59,892 nt of DNA, taken from the IMG/VR virus record IMGVR_UViG_3300030032_000362; one strand, 5' to 3'. The notes under the pieces are model-generated. The model worked only from the letters and a program-made list of their open reading frames with translations, was not told where the DNA came from and ran no database searches. Source of the DNA: a virus (Duplodnaviria; Heunggongvirae; Uroviricota; Caudoviricetes). Positions within the stretch are counted from its first letter, which is position 1, and every line of letters starts with the position of its first letter. The translations under genes and the position numbers were made by a program. Positions 19,258 to 28,233 of this stretch are shown piece by piece.

Positions 19258-20853
19258 TCAAATAGGTCGAAAGTCAATCAATTCGAAAACCGTCTGCGAT
19301 TTTCCGCGAAAACTACTTTCGCTTAATGTGCCTAACGCTTCAATTTTTTTAGGAGTTCCATACTCTTTGTATTTTTGCGCTAAATTGAAGCCTAAAACCT
19401 CAATACCATCTTTTGTGTATAATTGGAAGCTTCGGTCTTCGCTCATGGTTCGATACCATTTCCCGTCATAAGCTGCTCCTTCAATTACTGTACGAATAAT
19501 CGGCTTTCGGCAGCCTTCTCCATATGGTTCATACTCCATGTACGACAGTATAATACTTCCCAATTTAGAAAAAGGACAATCCATATCATATAATTCAAAG
19601 CATTCTGGAGCATTTTCGGCATTACTTTGAGCGAAAGAAAGAAATTCATGAAAAGAATTTTCAGTCATTGACATTCCGGCGGCGCTTTTGTGTCCGCCAT
19701 ATCCAAGAAATAAATCTTTGTGTTTGTCTAAAAATTCTTTGACATTCATAAAATCATCCCCTCTGGCGGAACCCTTTAATGTTCCTTTTGCCGTTTTGGT
19801 AAACACAATTGTGGTCTTTTTGGTTCGCTCCTGAATCTTCCCGGCCATAATACCGACAAGCCCTTCCGGACAATTCGGGAGCAGAATAACATTTGGGTAC
19901 ATAGCTGACATTGTCTCAAACTTCTTCCATGCCTCATCAAAAAATGCATTTTGCATCTTCTTTCGTTTTTCATTGATAGCAATGAAGTAATCCAACATAT
20001 CTGCGTTATCTTTTGTAATATAACGATATAATTCATCGTATATTTTTTGCCCACCGGCGTCATACAATCGCCCACAGGCATTGATAATTGGGGCTACACC
20101 AAATGCAATATCTGTAGCGGTTGCATAAGGTGAAAGTTTTGTTTTTTCTGCTAATTCTGAAAACATTCCTTGCTGCAATAACAGTAAACCATTTCTAACA
20201 AATGTTCTATTTTCGTTAATGAGTGGCATCACATCTGCTATTGTGCCAAGCATACATAAAAATGCAATTTTTCGCATCACTGCATTAGACAACACCTTTT
20301 TCTGATACAAAGATTCAGCAATTTTGTATACCAAGCCAACTCCGCAATAATGGATAAAATCATCATCCATCGTTACTTCCGGGTCTAAAATAATTTTTGC
20401 ATTTGGTAAAGCGCCGTCTTCTCGTGCTTGATGATGGTCAATAACGTATACTTCTTTTCCGGTCTTATCCAGTAATTCTTTTGCTGTAATTCCGTTATCA
20501 ACCGTTATAATTACATCATAGGCAGCAGCCTTTTTCAAAGAATTTTTTGAAACGCCATAGCCATCCGTCATTCGGCGAGGGATGTATACTTCATAAATCA
20601 ATCCTAATGCATCAAAAATAAGCGACATACAAAGGCTTGATGTAATACCATCCACGTCATAATCGCCCAATAAATACACCGTTTCCAAATTGTCTTTAAT
20701 TGAAAGCAATGCTTCTGCCATCTCTTCAACACGATGTAGATTTTGATGTATGGTTTGGTTTAATTCAGTTAATGATAAGCCTGTTTTTTTCTTCATTACT
20801 TCTTCAACTGTATTGCCATAATAAGAACTTCTTTTCCATTCAAGTATTTTCAT
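19258..20853 (-). CDS. recJ: RecJ-like ssDNA exonuclease (DHH family)
   Basis: GDYDVDG, ITVDNG, IDHH, GTIAD, GSAR, GGHKSAAG. Confidence 0.92.
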   Translation of the reverse strand: MKILEWKRSSYYGNTVEEVMKKKTGLSLTELNQTIHQNLHRVEEMAEALLSIKDNLETVYLLGDYDVDGITSSLCMSLIFDALGLIYEVYIPRRMTDGYGVSKNSLKKAAAYDVIITVDNGITAKELLDKTGKEVYVIDHHQAREDGALPNAKIILDPEVTMDDDFIHYCGVGLVYKIAESLYQKKVLSNAVMRKIAFLCMLGTIADVMPLINENRTFVRNGLLLLQQGMFSELAEKTKLSPYATATDIAFGVAPIINACGRLYDAGGQKIYDELYRYITKDNADMLDYFIAINEKRKKMQNAFFDEAWKKFETMSAMYPNVILLPNCPEGLVGIMAGKIQERTKKTTIVFTKTAKGTLKGSARGDDFMNVKEFLDKHKDLFLGYGGHKSAAGMSMTENSFHEFLSFAQSNAENAPECFELYDMDCPFSKLGSIILSYMEYEPYGEGCRKPIIRTVIEGAAYDGKWYRTMSEDRSFQLYTKDGIEVLGFNLAQKYKEYGTPKKIEALGTLSESSFRGKSQTVFELIDFRPI

Positions 20854-20969
20854 AATTTACCTCCTTTTTGTGTTCTCCTTATTTTTTGTTATATATAATT
20901 AATATGTCTGTTTATCTATTACAAAAAATCTATATATAAGAAAAAGCCCCCTTTCGAGAGCTTTTCTGT

Positions 20970-21836
20970 TTATTCAGAAGCAGCGGCAGATGGCAGTGGA
21001 TGAATTCCGGCTTTTTCGTATGCTTCTTCTTCCAATTGTTTATCTGATTTCCAGCCTCTGATATACTCAATTGCATATGGGACAATATCTAATGTCCAAT
21101 CATCCCACGGTACAAATTCCTGACATTCTGGATTTTGACAAGGATACTGCTGATGCTTGTATTTTCGATATTGAACGCAGCCATCTAAAAAGACCTCTGC
21201 TCCCGGCTGATACCTTTTCAATATATCTTCTCCCGCTTCTTTCCCATGAACATGTACAACCGGATAATCTGTTCTTGTTTCCGGATTGTCGTCCGCGATA
21301 AAATATTTACGGTCAATGGCCAGTGGAAATTTAACAATCATATTCTTTTTCGTTTGGACGGTTACTTCAGGAGCTTTACAAATTGTCCCCAATATGGTAG
21401 CAACGTTTGATACCTCTCCGTAATTCTTTAAGAGCGTCTCTCCCTCGTCCAATGATAATCCGGTTTTTTCGATAGATAAGTGAATCGGATTAATAAAGGT
21501 AATTACACCTAATTTTTCATACGGGGCTCCGCAGGATGGACATTTCTTTATTTTTTTCACATTTCGCGTAATGATATTACCTTTGATAAATACAATATCT
21601 CCAATTTTGATATTGTCCATTATTTCTACTAATTCTGGATTTCCGGTAGCTACCGGAAGTTCTCCGTATTCGATTTTAGCGTGTTTGGAATGTGTTCCGT
21701 CAATATTTACGCTACGCTTTCCGGAAACGATTGTTAATTTACCACTTCCCTGTACGTAATTTCCTTGTTCGTCTTTGATAATACGGGGCAATTGAGTAAT
21801 TTGCCCGTATAAAAAAACTTGGTTATGTATTGCCAT
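20970..21836 (-). CDS. SSB-like tandem OB-fold protein with zinc ribbons
   Basis: NQVFLYGQI and NVATILGTI..FPLAIDR..TDYP SSB-like halves; CPSC and CQNPEC motifs. Confidence 0.7.
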   Translation of the reverse strand: MAIHNQVFLYGQITQLPRIIKDEQGNYVQGSGKLTIVSGKRSVNIDGTHSKHAKIEYGELPVATGNPELVEIMDNIKIGDIVFIKGNIITRNVKKIKKCPSCGAPYEKLGVITFINPIHLSIEKTGLSLDEGETLLKNYGEVSNVATILGTICKAPEVTVQTKKNMIVKFPLAIDRKYFIADDNPETRTDYPVVHVHGKEAGEDILKRYQPGAEVFLDGCVQYRKYKHQQYPCQNPECQEFVPWDDWTLDIVPYAIEYIRGWKSDKQLEEEAYEKAGIHPLPSAAASE

Positions 21837-21870
21837 AAAAATACCTCTCTTTCTAACAACATGGTGGGTG

Positions 21871-21899
21871 TTGACAAAATCCCCCACACTTGTTATAAT
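21871..21899 (+). promoter_or_regulatory. Consensus sigma-A promoter, antisense to the operon
   Basis: TTGACA-17 bp-TATAAT with extended TG; GTGGG/CCCAC inverted repeat around the -35. Confidence 0.8.
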
Positions 21900-21904
21900 G
21901 TATA

Positions 21905-21951
21905 TATATGAACATGTGTTCAATGGCTGGCTGGTGCGTCAGCCATTTTTT
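21905..21951 (+). ncRNA. Putative ~45-nt small antisense RNA
   Basis: Lies between a perfect promoter and a terminator aatggctg..cagccatt-tttt. Confidence 0.5.
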
Positions 21952-23221
21952 ATTCAATTGATATATTTTTATCAATTTTAATTTTAGGTTTCGGCTTAAC
22001 AACCGGTCTGGAAGTGCGCCGTGGCTTCGGAGTCTTTATTACTATTGGAGTAACTTTTGGCGTTTTTTTCTTTTTCTTCGGTTTCTTAGTAGGCTTTGAC
22101 GTTGGCCTTGGTGTTGGTTTTTTGGTTGGTTTAATTGTTGCCGTTATTTCCGGAGTGTTACTTGGTTCCGGTTTTATAGTTGGAATGGCTGTAGGTGCTG
22201 CAGTAGGGGACACTGTTGGAGTTATTGTAACACTTGTTCCAGTTACAGCACTGCCACTTACTGCGCTTCCTGATGCACTAATTGGCATAGGCGACATTTT
22301 TATCTCACGTATCTCTTCTGGCTGGGTCTTGTTAAATACGGTTGCATTAAGTACAACTACAATAATAATAACAGCGCATATGCCCGCAAACATCATGATT
22401 GTTTTTTTCTTTTTAGATGGGTCAATTGTTTGAGGTGAGGTAATTTTTTCCTCTTTTTCTTCCTCCTCGATAATTCTTTTTTCACGAGCAATCTTATCTT
22501 TCACATCAGAAAGATTATTCTTTATTGGACGAACGAAAATTGCCCAGTCGTTAATACAGGCGTTGATTTCATCTTCCGTATAGATACAGTTAATCAATTC
22601 TTCGATGCTTTGATACCGGTCACAATCCAATATGGACAACCCTTTTTCAATAGTATCGCAAAATGGTGAAGATACTCCAAATGCTGCTAGTGGTTCTAAC
22701 ATATCTACATCTAATCTTTCGTCTGCATTAGGTAAGAAAATTCCGGTTAACGCTTCATACATAATGGCACAAACAGAATATACATCCGATGCCTTATTTC
22801 CGCATCCGTGGTATGCGTAATATTCATAGGGCGTATATGGTGTTTTTTCTTCATAATGCTTTCCCGCACCAAAATCCTTTAATGCATATCCGTTTTCTAT
22901 TTGATAAATCTTATCCGGAGTCAAATTTCCAAAAATCCTATCCTGCTCTTGCAGCCATTTTAGTCCCAATAACAAAGGAAGGAAGTTTCTTTTGATTTGT
23001 TTTTCATCCATAACTGCCATATAAGGAACCAATTCTTGCTTTTGAATAATTCCATAGGTGGCATCATCTTTTTGATAGGTGGCGTATACCGGAATAAATC
23101 CGGGAATAAATTGAGCGTCCATGTACTTATTCGGAACTTCAATAATATCAAAGTCCATATCGGAATATTGGTCTTTTACAATTCCATTTTCAATTTCAAA
23201 ACGATTTTCAACTAATTGCAT
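21950..23221 (-). CDS. Membrane-anchored Ser/Thr kinase-like protein (probable pseudokinase)
   Basis: FGNLTPDKI (HRD position altered), DFG, SDVYSVCAIMYEALTG, TM helix, PT/K-rich tail; start after AAAGGAG and the motif. Confidence 0.75.
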   Translation of the reverse strand: MQLVENRFEIENGIVKDQYSDMDFDIIEVPNKYMDAQFIPGFIPVYATYQKDDATYGIIQKQELVPYMAVMDEKQIKRNFLPLLLGLKWLQEQDRIFGNLTPDKIYQIENGYALKDFGAGKHYEEKTPYTPYEYYAYHGCGNKASDVYSVCAIMYEALTGIFLPNADERLDVDMLEPLAAFGVSSPFCDTIEKGLSILDCDRYQSIEELINCIYTEDEINACINDWAIFVRPIKNNLSDVKDKIAREKRIIEEEEKEEKITSPQTIDPSKKKKTIMMFAGICAVIIIVVVLNATVFNKTQPEEIREIKMSPMPISASGSAVSGSAVTGTSVTITPTVSPTAAPTAIPTIKPEPSNTPEITATIKPTKKPTPRPTSKPTKKPKKKKKTPKVTPIVIKTPKPRRTSRPVVKPKPKIKIDKNISIE

Positions 23222-23301
23222 AATACTCTCCTTTCTACTTTTAATATGTCTGTTTGAAAGAAAAAAATCCCACAACACTGTGGTTGTAGGATTCTGTAAA
23301 A

Positions 23302-23904
23302 TTAGATAAGACATTCTTCTTTTATACATTTGATGTATAATCTTGGAATCTGCATTACGGTAATTAGAACAATGCCGTTATCCGCCATTTTGTACACATA
23401 CACTTTATCACCGTAAAGACGGACCATTGCTTCATCTTCTTCTGTATTATGTAATACTTTTGAAAGATAACTTCGGGTCACGCCCTTTGTGTCTTCCGTT
23501 TTTAAGCCTTTCTGATAGGCTACAACAGCCATTTTATCTTGTGCTTTGCGATTAAAACCGCATCTTTCATGCATTCGTTTTCTTGCATGTTTTGATAAAT
23601 AAATTTGAGGAATTTTATTTCCCTTCTTTTTTGCTGTTACCTTTTTTGTTTTCCACTCATAGAGTTCTTCTCCGTACTTCCAAATGCCTCTTACGGTATG
23701 CACGAGCTCGTCAAGATTATATCGTATGTCGCTTTCTCCGGCTGTTTCTACTAATGTATCTTTTGCAATAGCAGCAACCGAATTCCCATTTTCAATTTCT
23801 AATTCCATTCGTCCAATCCACTCAAAAGTAAATTTTAACTCCTTCGGGTCCCATGTACTAACGATTCTATTATATAAAGGCATTGCGCCTGATTTAATTA
23901 ACAT
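23302..23904 (-). CDS. Hypothetical protein, C-terminal DUF4258/RelE-like domain possible
   Basis: LSKHARKRMHER...VLITV pattern. Confidence 0.55.
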   Translation of the reverse strand: MLIKSGAMPLYNRIVSTWDPKELKFTFEWIGRMELEIENGNSVAAIAKDTLVETAGESDIRYNLDELVHTVRGIWKYGEELYEWKTKKVTAKKKGNKIPQIYLSKHARKRMHERCGFNRKAQDKMAVVAYQKGLKTEDTKGVTRSYLSKVLHNTEEDEAMVRLYGDKVYVYKMADNGIVLITVMQIPRLYIKCIKEECLI

Positions 23905-24028
23905 ATTAAACTACCTCTCTTTCTATAACTTATATAATTAATATGTCTGTTTGAGAGGCAAACAAAAACTATATTATAACAAAAAAGCCCCAAATAAGGG
24001 GCTTTCAATCATAGGCATATAGTAACAA

Positions 24029-24295
24029 TTACATATCAAATTCAATTGTTTTATTCGTTTCTACTACATCAAAATCATTAAGCACATTTGCCATTTTTGT
24101 GATTTTGTCATCGCTGAGAGTAATGTCGTTTGTAAGTGCTGATACCATATCCGAATCGTATGTTGTTTTTCCGTCTTCGTCCTTTATAGCACTTGTTACA
24201 AAACTAGGGATTTGTGCTAGTGCACACTCTCGCATAAATTCATCCCTTAATGGTTTGATTTTAGTATTAAAAAGTTCTTCTTTGTTATATTCCAT
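24029..24295 (-). CDS. Hypothetical protein
   Basis: AAGGAGG RBS, last gene of the parM operon. Confidence 0.7.
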   Translation of the reverse strand: MEYNKEELFNTKIKPLRDEFMRECALAQIPSFVTSAIKDEDGKTTYDSDMVSALTNDITLSDDKITKMANVLNDFDVVETNKTIEFDM

Positions 24296-24310
24296 AAATA
24301 AATCCTCCTT

Positions 24311-25006
24311 TTATAATAAATTTCCTATTGCGCCCATTAAATCAAAGTCAGAAGATGCATCTTCCTGCGGTTCATCTACTTCTTTTGCGGGGACGTTCGT
24401 TTTCGGTATAACCGGCTCAGGAATTACATCTTTTTGAGGGACGTTTTCCCTTGTGTTTTCGTTTTGCTGTAATTCATTTTTTTCTTCGGTTTTATTATTC
24501 TCTGTAATTAGAGCAAGTAATTCTTCCGGAGTTTGACCATTTTGGTCTAATATTTTTTTGATTTTCTCCATGCCAGCATCGTATTTCTGCCTAATTTCTT
24601 TTGCATTTTTTTCACAACTAATTAGGCTTTTTTCTTTTGAGTTAAAATACTCTATGCCTGTTTTTTTAGCAAATGTCATAAGTACCGGGCCGGATAAATA
24701 CCCACGCAGCATTTGTTTAAGGGTATCATTTCGTGACCCCTTTGGATATGGCGGAATCGCTTTCCACCATGCAATTACATCTTGCTGAGAGTCATCAATA
24801 TTAACATCTAATTCAATTTTCTTTGGATAAGCCTCCGGAACAAAGATTTGCTCCGGAAGTTTTATGTAATGATAATCTGCTTTCGCAGACATTTCAATCG
24901 CTTTTGCAAATGCTTTTACTAAAGAAAACTGAGGATGTTTGTATAATGCCATCAAATCCTTATCCATCTTAGAGTACAAACGTACTTTTATTTTCATAAA
25001 AATCAC
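24311..25006 (-). CDS. Hypothetical protein, candidate ParR-like adaptor
   Basis: Downstream of ParM; beta-helix-helix-like N-terminus and acidic disordered tail. Confidence 0.5.
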   Translation of the reverse strand: MIFMKIKVRLYSKMDKDLMALYKHPQFSLVKAFAKAIEMSAKADYHYIKLPEQIFVPEAYPKKIELDVNIDDSQQDVIAWWKAIPPYPKGSRNDTLKQMLRGYLSGPVLMTFAKKTGIEYFNSKEKSLISCEKNAKEIRQKYDAGMEKIKKILDQNGQTPEELLALITENNKTEEKNELQQNENTRENVPQKDVIPEPVIPKTNVPAKEVDEPQEDASSDFDLMGAIGNLL

Positions 25007-25200
25007 CGCCCATCAATATCTGGAATGATAGCTTCATCATGATTTTTTTTTGGCTCTTGTCCAATTACCATTCGAAAAGCACGCTGCAAAAATTCATTTT
25101 CATCTCTCACTTTAAGAAGTTCATATTTTAATTGCTTGTTTTCGCGTTTCAAATGTTCTTTTTCTTCATCAATAATGTTTATTATTACCATAATTATCAC
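25003..25200 (-). CDS. Small coiled-coil protein
   Basis: GGAG RBS, coupled to neighbours. Confidence 0.6.
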   Translation of the reverse strand: MIIMVIINIIDEEKEHLKRENKQLKYELLKVRDENEFLQRAFRMVIGQEPKKNHDEAIIPDIDGR

Positions 25201-25203
25201 CTC

Positions 25204-26352
25204 CTATTTCTTATTTAAGGCATACATATAATATCCTCTTACGTTTGAGAACACTGCAGACAGATTATCATTCTGTGCTCCGGATAAAATTGTCAGTGTT
25301 TCCATTCCGGAGAAAAATTCTCGGATAATGGAAGACCATGCTGAACAAGTACCGCCGGTTATAATGAGATAATCATGGTCAATTAAATCATTGTAAGAGT
25401 TGCAAATATGAGCAAGGGCCTCTTCGCATACCTTTTTATTGCTTGCCTCTAAAATATCTGCAATATTTTTTGACGTAGAACGTCTTTCTTTTCTTTCAAA
25501 CACCGAAATTTTGCCGGTTTCTAAAACAGTCTGCATTTCCAAAATCGAAATATCTTTTTTGAATTTCTCTTTAATAGACGCAATTGTTTCTTTAAATACC
25601 TGCTTCATGCCCATATCATCAATTGTTTCCGGCGTAGATGCAATATTTCCTTTATTAAGATTATACACGTCCAATGTTCCAAAACCGGCATCAATAATTA
25701 AGACATTTTTCGAAAAATATCTTGCCGCTTCTGCAACTGGTCGTCCATTACTTCCTGTGGCTACAGAAATCAATGTTCCCATCGGCTGTCCAATGACTTT
25801 GTAGATATGGTCCATGCTCAGTTCAAAATCAAAGAAAATCCAATTTTTATTTCCGATTTTAATAGAGAATTTATGAGTTCCCGATAAAGCTTCTCTTAAA
25901 TCATCGCCTAACGAATCAATATGTTCCGGAGGCAAACCGGTCTGCAAGAAAATTTCTTTTCCTTCCGGAGAGCCATATTTGTTTTTCAACATTCCAAAAG
26001 CCATTCCTACTTCTGAAATTACCCGGAACATTTCCGAGAAGAAGCGAACTTTGGTAAACAAACTAACCTCACTATCGTTAGCTGTCGCTCGATTCTGTGC
26101 ATTTTCTCCTACATCCCAAATCTCTCCGGTAATATCATTACGATACTGAATATCAGTAGGTTTTGGTGCTGCCATAGAGGGCGTATCACTTGCTTTTTTA
26201 GCAAAAGCCGGAAAGCATGATACGGCATTTGGACTAAATCCTTTTACTGACGAATATCCGATATCAAGGCCAATATTCCATACATCACCTCGAACTGGGT
26301 TATTACGTTCAGATAAAATTGTTTTTGTTTTAAAATTGATTGTATTAATCAT
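25204..26352 (-). CDS. parM: ParM/StbA-family actin-like ATPase
   Basis: IGLDIGYSSVK, TGLP, QPMG, IIDAGFGTLD, ITGG, NVRGYY. Confidence 0.9.
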   Translation of the reverse strand: MINTINFKTKTILSERNNPVRGDVWNIGLDIGYSSVKGFSPNAVSCFPAFAKKASDTPSMAAPKPTDIQYRNDITGEIWDVGENAQNRATANDSEVSLFTKVRFFSEMFRVISEVGMAFGMLKNKYGSPEGKEIFLQTGLPPEHIDSLGDDLREALSGTHKFSIKIGNKNWIFFDFELSMDHIYKVIGQPMGTLISVATGSNGRPVAEAARYFSKNVLIIDAGFGTLDVYNLNKGNIASTPETIDDMGMKQVFKETIASIKEKFKKDISILEMQTVLETGKISVFERKERRSTSKNIADILEASNKKVCEEALAHICNSYNDLIDHDYLIITGGTCSAWSSIIREFFSGMETLTILSGAQNDNLSAVFSNVRGYYMYALNKK

Positions 26353-26519
26353 ACGTAACTCCTTTCCTGCCCCTTTATAATGGGGATATTTATAATATGT
26401 CTGTTATACAATAACAAATTCATATTTGCTTGTTATATTACTAATATGTCTGTTTTTGCAAAAAACCAAAACCATATTATGAGAAAAAAAAGAAAGGGGA
26501 CATAGCCCCTTATCTTTGC

Positions 26520-27143
26520 TTATGCTACTGTTGAAATATCCAAAGCGATAATATCCTGAAAATATGTTCGCTGAGAATCTTCCCGCTGCTTAAACTTAGT
26601 CTGAACCATACCAACCAAGCAAACATTTTGCCCCGGGAGTAACGCCTGTAACAAATTCCGATTACGGTCATTCTCATAAACTTTAACCAGTAAAATATTC
26701 ATACGACCGTTAGTTACAACTCGTAATGTAATATACCACAGTCCACCATCACGCGGGGTAATACGCTGTACATTGCCAGCTAATTTTGCTTCGTTTTTCT
26801 TAAGAAATAAACCGGTAGATTCTACTCCATACTCCTGTTCGACACGAGTTTTCGCTTTTGTAATTTCTTTAATTACTAAAGACTGACGCCTTGGACGTCT
26901 GCCGCCTTCTTCGGCCGGAGCTCCAAGATAACTTTGTACCTCTGCTTTAACACATACAAAATCACCGACTTCAAAATCTGCAATCTGCGCTAAATCAAAG
27001 CTAACCAATCTTGGACAATTGTGTTTTGTTCGGTCGCTGGACGAAGTCGTATTCACTACGATTGCCCCCATCTTTTTTTCTTCATTTACTCTTTTGCTAA
27101 TAATTGCCCCTTGCAATATTACTACATCTTCATAACATTCCAT
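26520..27143 (-). CDS. SSB-like tandem OB-fold protein
   Basis: VILQGAI..VGDFVCVKAEVQS and NEAKLAGNV..VCLVGMVQT halves; the longer ORF start overlaps the tRNA. Confidence 0.6.
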   Translation of the reverse strand: MECYEDVVILQGAIISKRVNEEKKMGAIVVNTTSSSDRTKHNCPRLVSFDLAQIADFEVGDFVCVKAEVQSYLGAPAEEGGRRPRRQSLVIKEITKAKTRVEQEYGVESTGLFLKKNEAKLAGNVQRITPRDGGLWYITLRVVTNGRMNILLVKVYENDRNRNLLQALLPGQNVCLVGMVQTKFKQREDSQRTYFQDIIALDISTVA

Positions 27144-27187
27144 AAAATAACTCCTTTCAAATTTAATTCCTCTATTTTTATAGAGAA

Positions 27188-27259
27188 TTGCGGGAGCAGG
27201 ACTCGAACCTGCGTATATCGGGACATGAGCCCGATGAGTAGCCACTACTCTATCCCGCG
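27188..27259 (-). tRNA. tRNA-Met(CAT), initiator (fMet) type, CCA not encoded
   Basis: CGCGGGA..TCGGG-CTCATGT-CCCGA..GCAGGTTCGAGTCCTGC-TCCCGCAA; C1:A72 mismatch and three G:C anticodon-stem pairs. Confidence 0.9.
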
Positions 27260-27340
27260 ATATTTCTTACACTTTTAATATGTCTGTTTGAAATTAAAAA
27301 ATCAAACAAAAAAAATCCCCGCCTTTTGACGGGGAAATTA

Positions 27341-27802
27341 TTAGCATTCTAAATCATTGGGTTCAATCGGCTCGTTCATAAAATCATCGGGCGGATAATT
27401 GGTGTCTCTTACATCTTCAAGTAATTCGTCTAAACTTTTGCGTTCTTCCTGCTCAATCTCTTTGTTTGGATTATACGGCTCCTTTACAACCTCGATTTTC
27501 TTAAGCTGTTCCCAACCGTCAAACCGAAAACGCACTTTGTCTTCACCATCCGGCTGAGGCTCAAAAACTCTTTGATTTTTTGCCATAATAACCGGCTTCC
27601 CATCTGCAAGATTCAAAAATTCTTTTTGCAGCCCAATAGGAGCAACAATTGCAATTACATCTGCTTTTTTTATCTCGTCCGATAATTCCGATGCATGGTT
27701 AATTGTTTGATTAATTTGCATAATATCTACATCGTTACCTAAGGCAGCTTTTTATTCCGGGCTCATTTCGTGCCGGCTAAACCATAATATTTTTTGCGGC
27801 AT
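27341..27802 (-). pseudogene. Small Rossmann-like protein gene interrupted by an in-frame TAA
   Basis: MPQKILWFSRHEMSPE*KAALGNDVDIMQINQ..., one frame, stop at 27752-27754. Confidence 0.7.
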
Positions 27803-27888
27803 TACTATCATCCTTTCTTTATTTTTGATATTTTTAATATGTCTGTTTGCTTGATTTCTTAAAAAAAGACCCCCGAAAGGGGCCTTTC

Positions 27889-28200
27889 TTATATTTCTTT
27901 CAAAAATTTTTGTATCATTAATGGTGTAGGTTTGTATTCTAATAAGTAGAAATTTCCACTTAAACATACAAAAGTAAGCGGTTTTCCTTGTCCAATGTTT
28001 TGAAAAAAATTATATAGTGCTTGGTTTTCAATACAGCCATCTTTGATGGCATATTGAACAGTAATACATGAGGAATCTTTATAACTAAGACTCAGTGTAA
28101 ATTGATTGGTCGGATATATCCGCAAAGATATATTCTTTTCTATTCCTTCAAAATTATGCAAAATCACTTTGCTGTCTTTTAATGTAATTACGTTTTTCAT
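27889..28200 (-). CDS. Hypothetical protein
   Basis: AAAGGAGG RBS. Confidence 0.65.
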   Translation of the reverse strand: MKNVITLKDSKVILHNFEGIEKNISLRIYPTNQFTLSLSYKDSSCITVQYAIKDGCIENQALYNFFQNIGQGKPLTFVCLSGNFYLLEYKPTPLMIQKFLKEI

Positions 28201-28233
28201 ACTAAGACCTCCTTTCGGGAGGTAGTCCTCCCA

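Noticed and set aside
27144..27245. N-terminal extension of ORF 26520-27245
   Set aside because: Overlaps the tRNA; the likely start is 27143 after AAAGGAG.
27752..27754. Stop-codon recoding across the element
   Set aside because: Long genes are intact with standard stops and no suppressor tRNA is seen; a single nonsense change is simpler.
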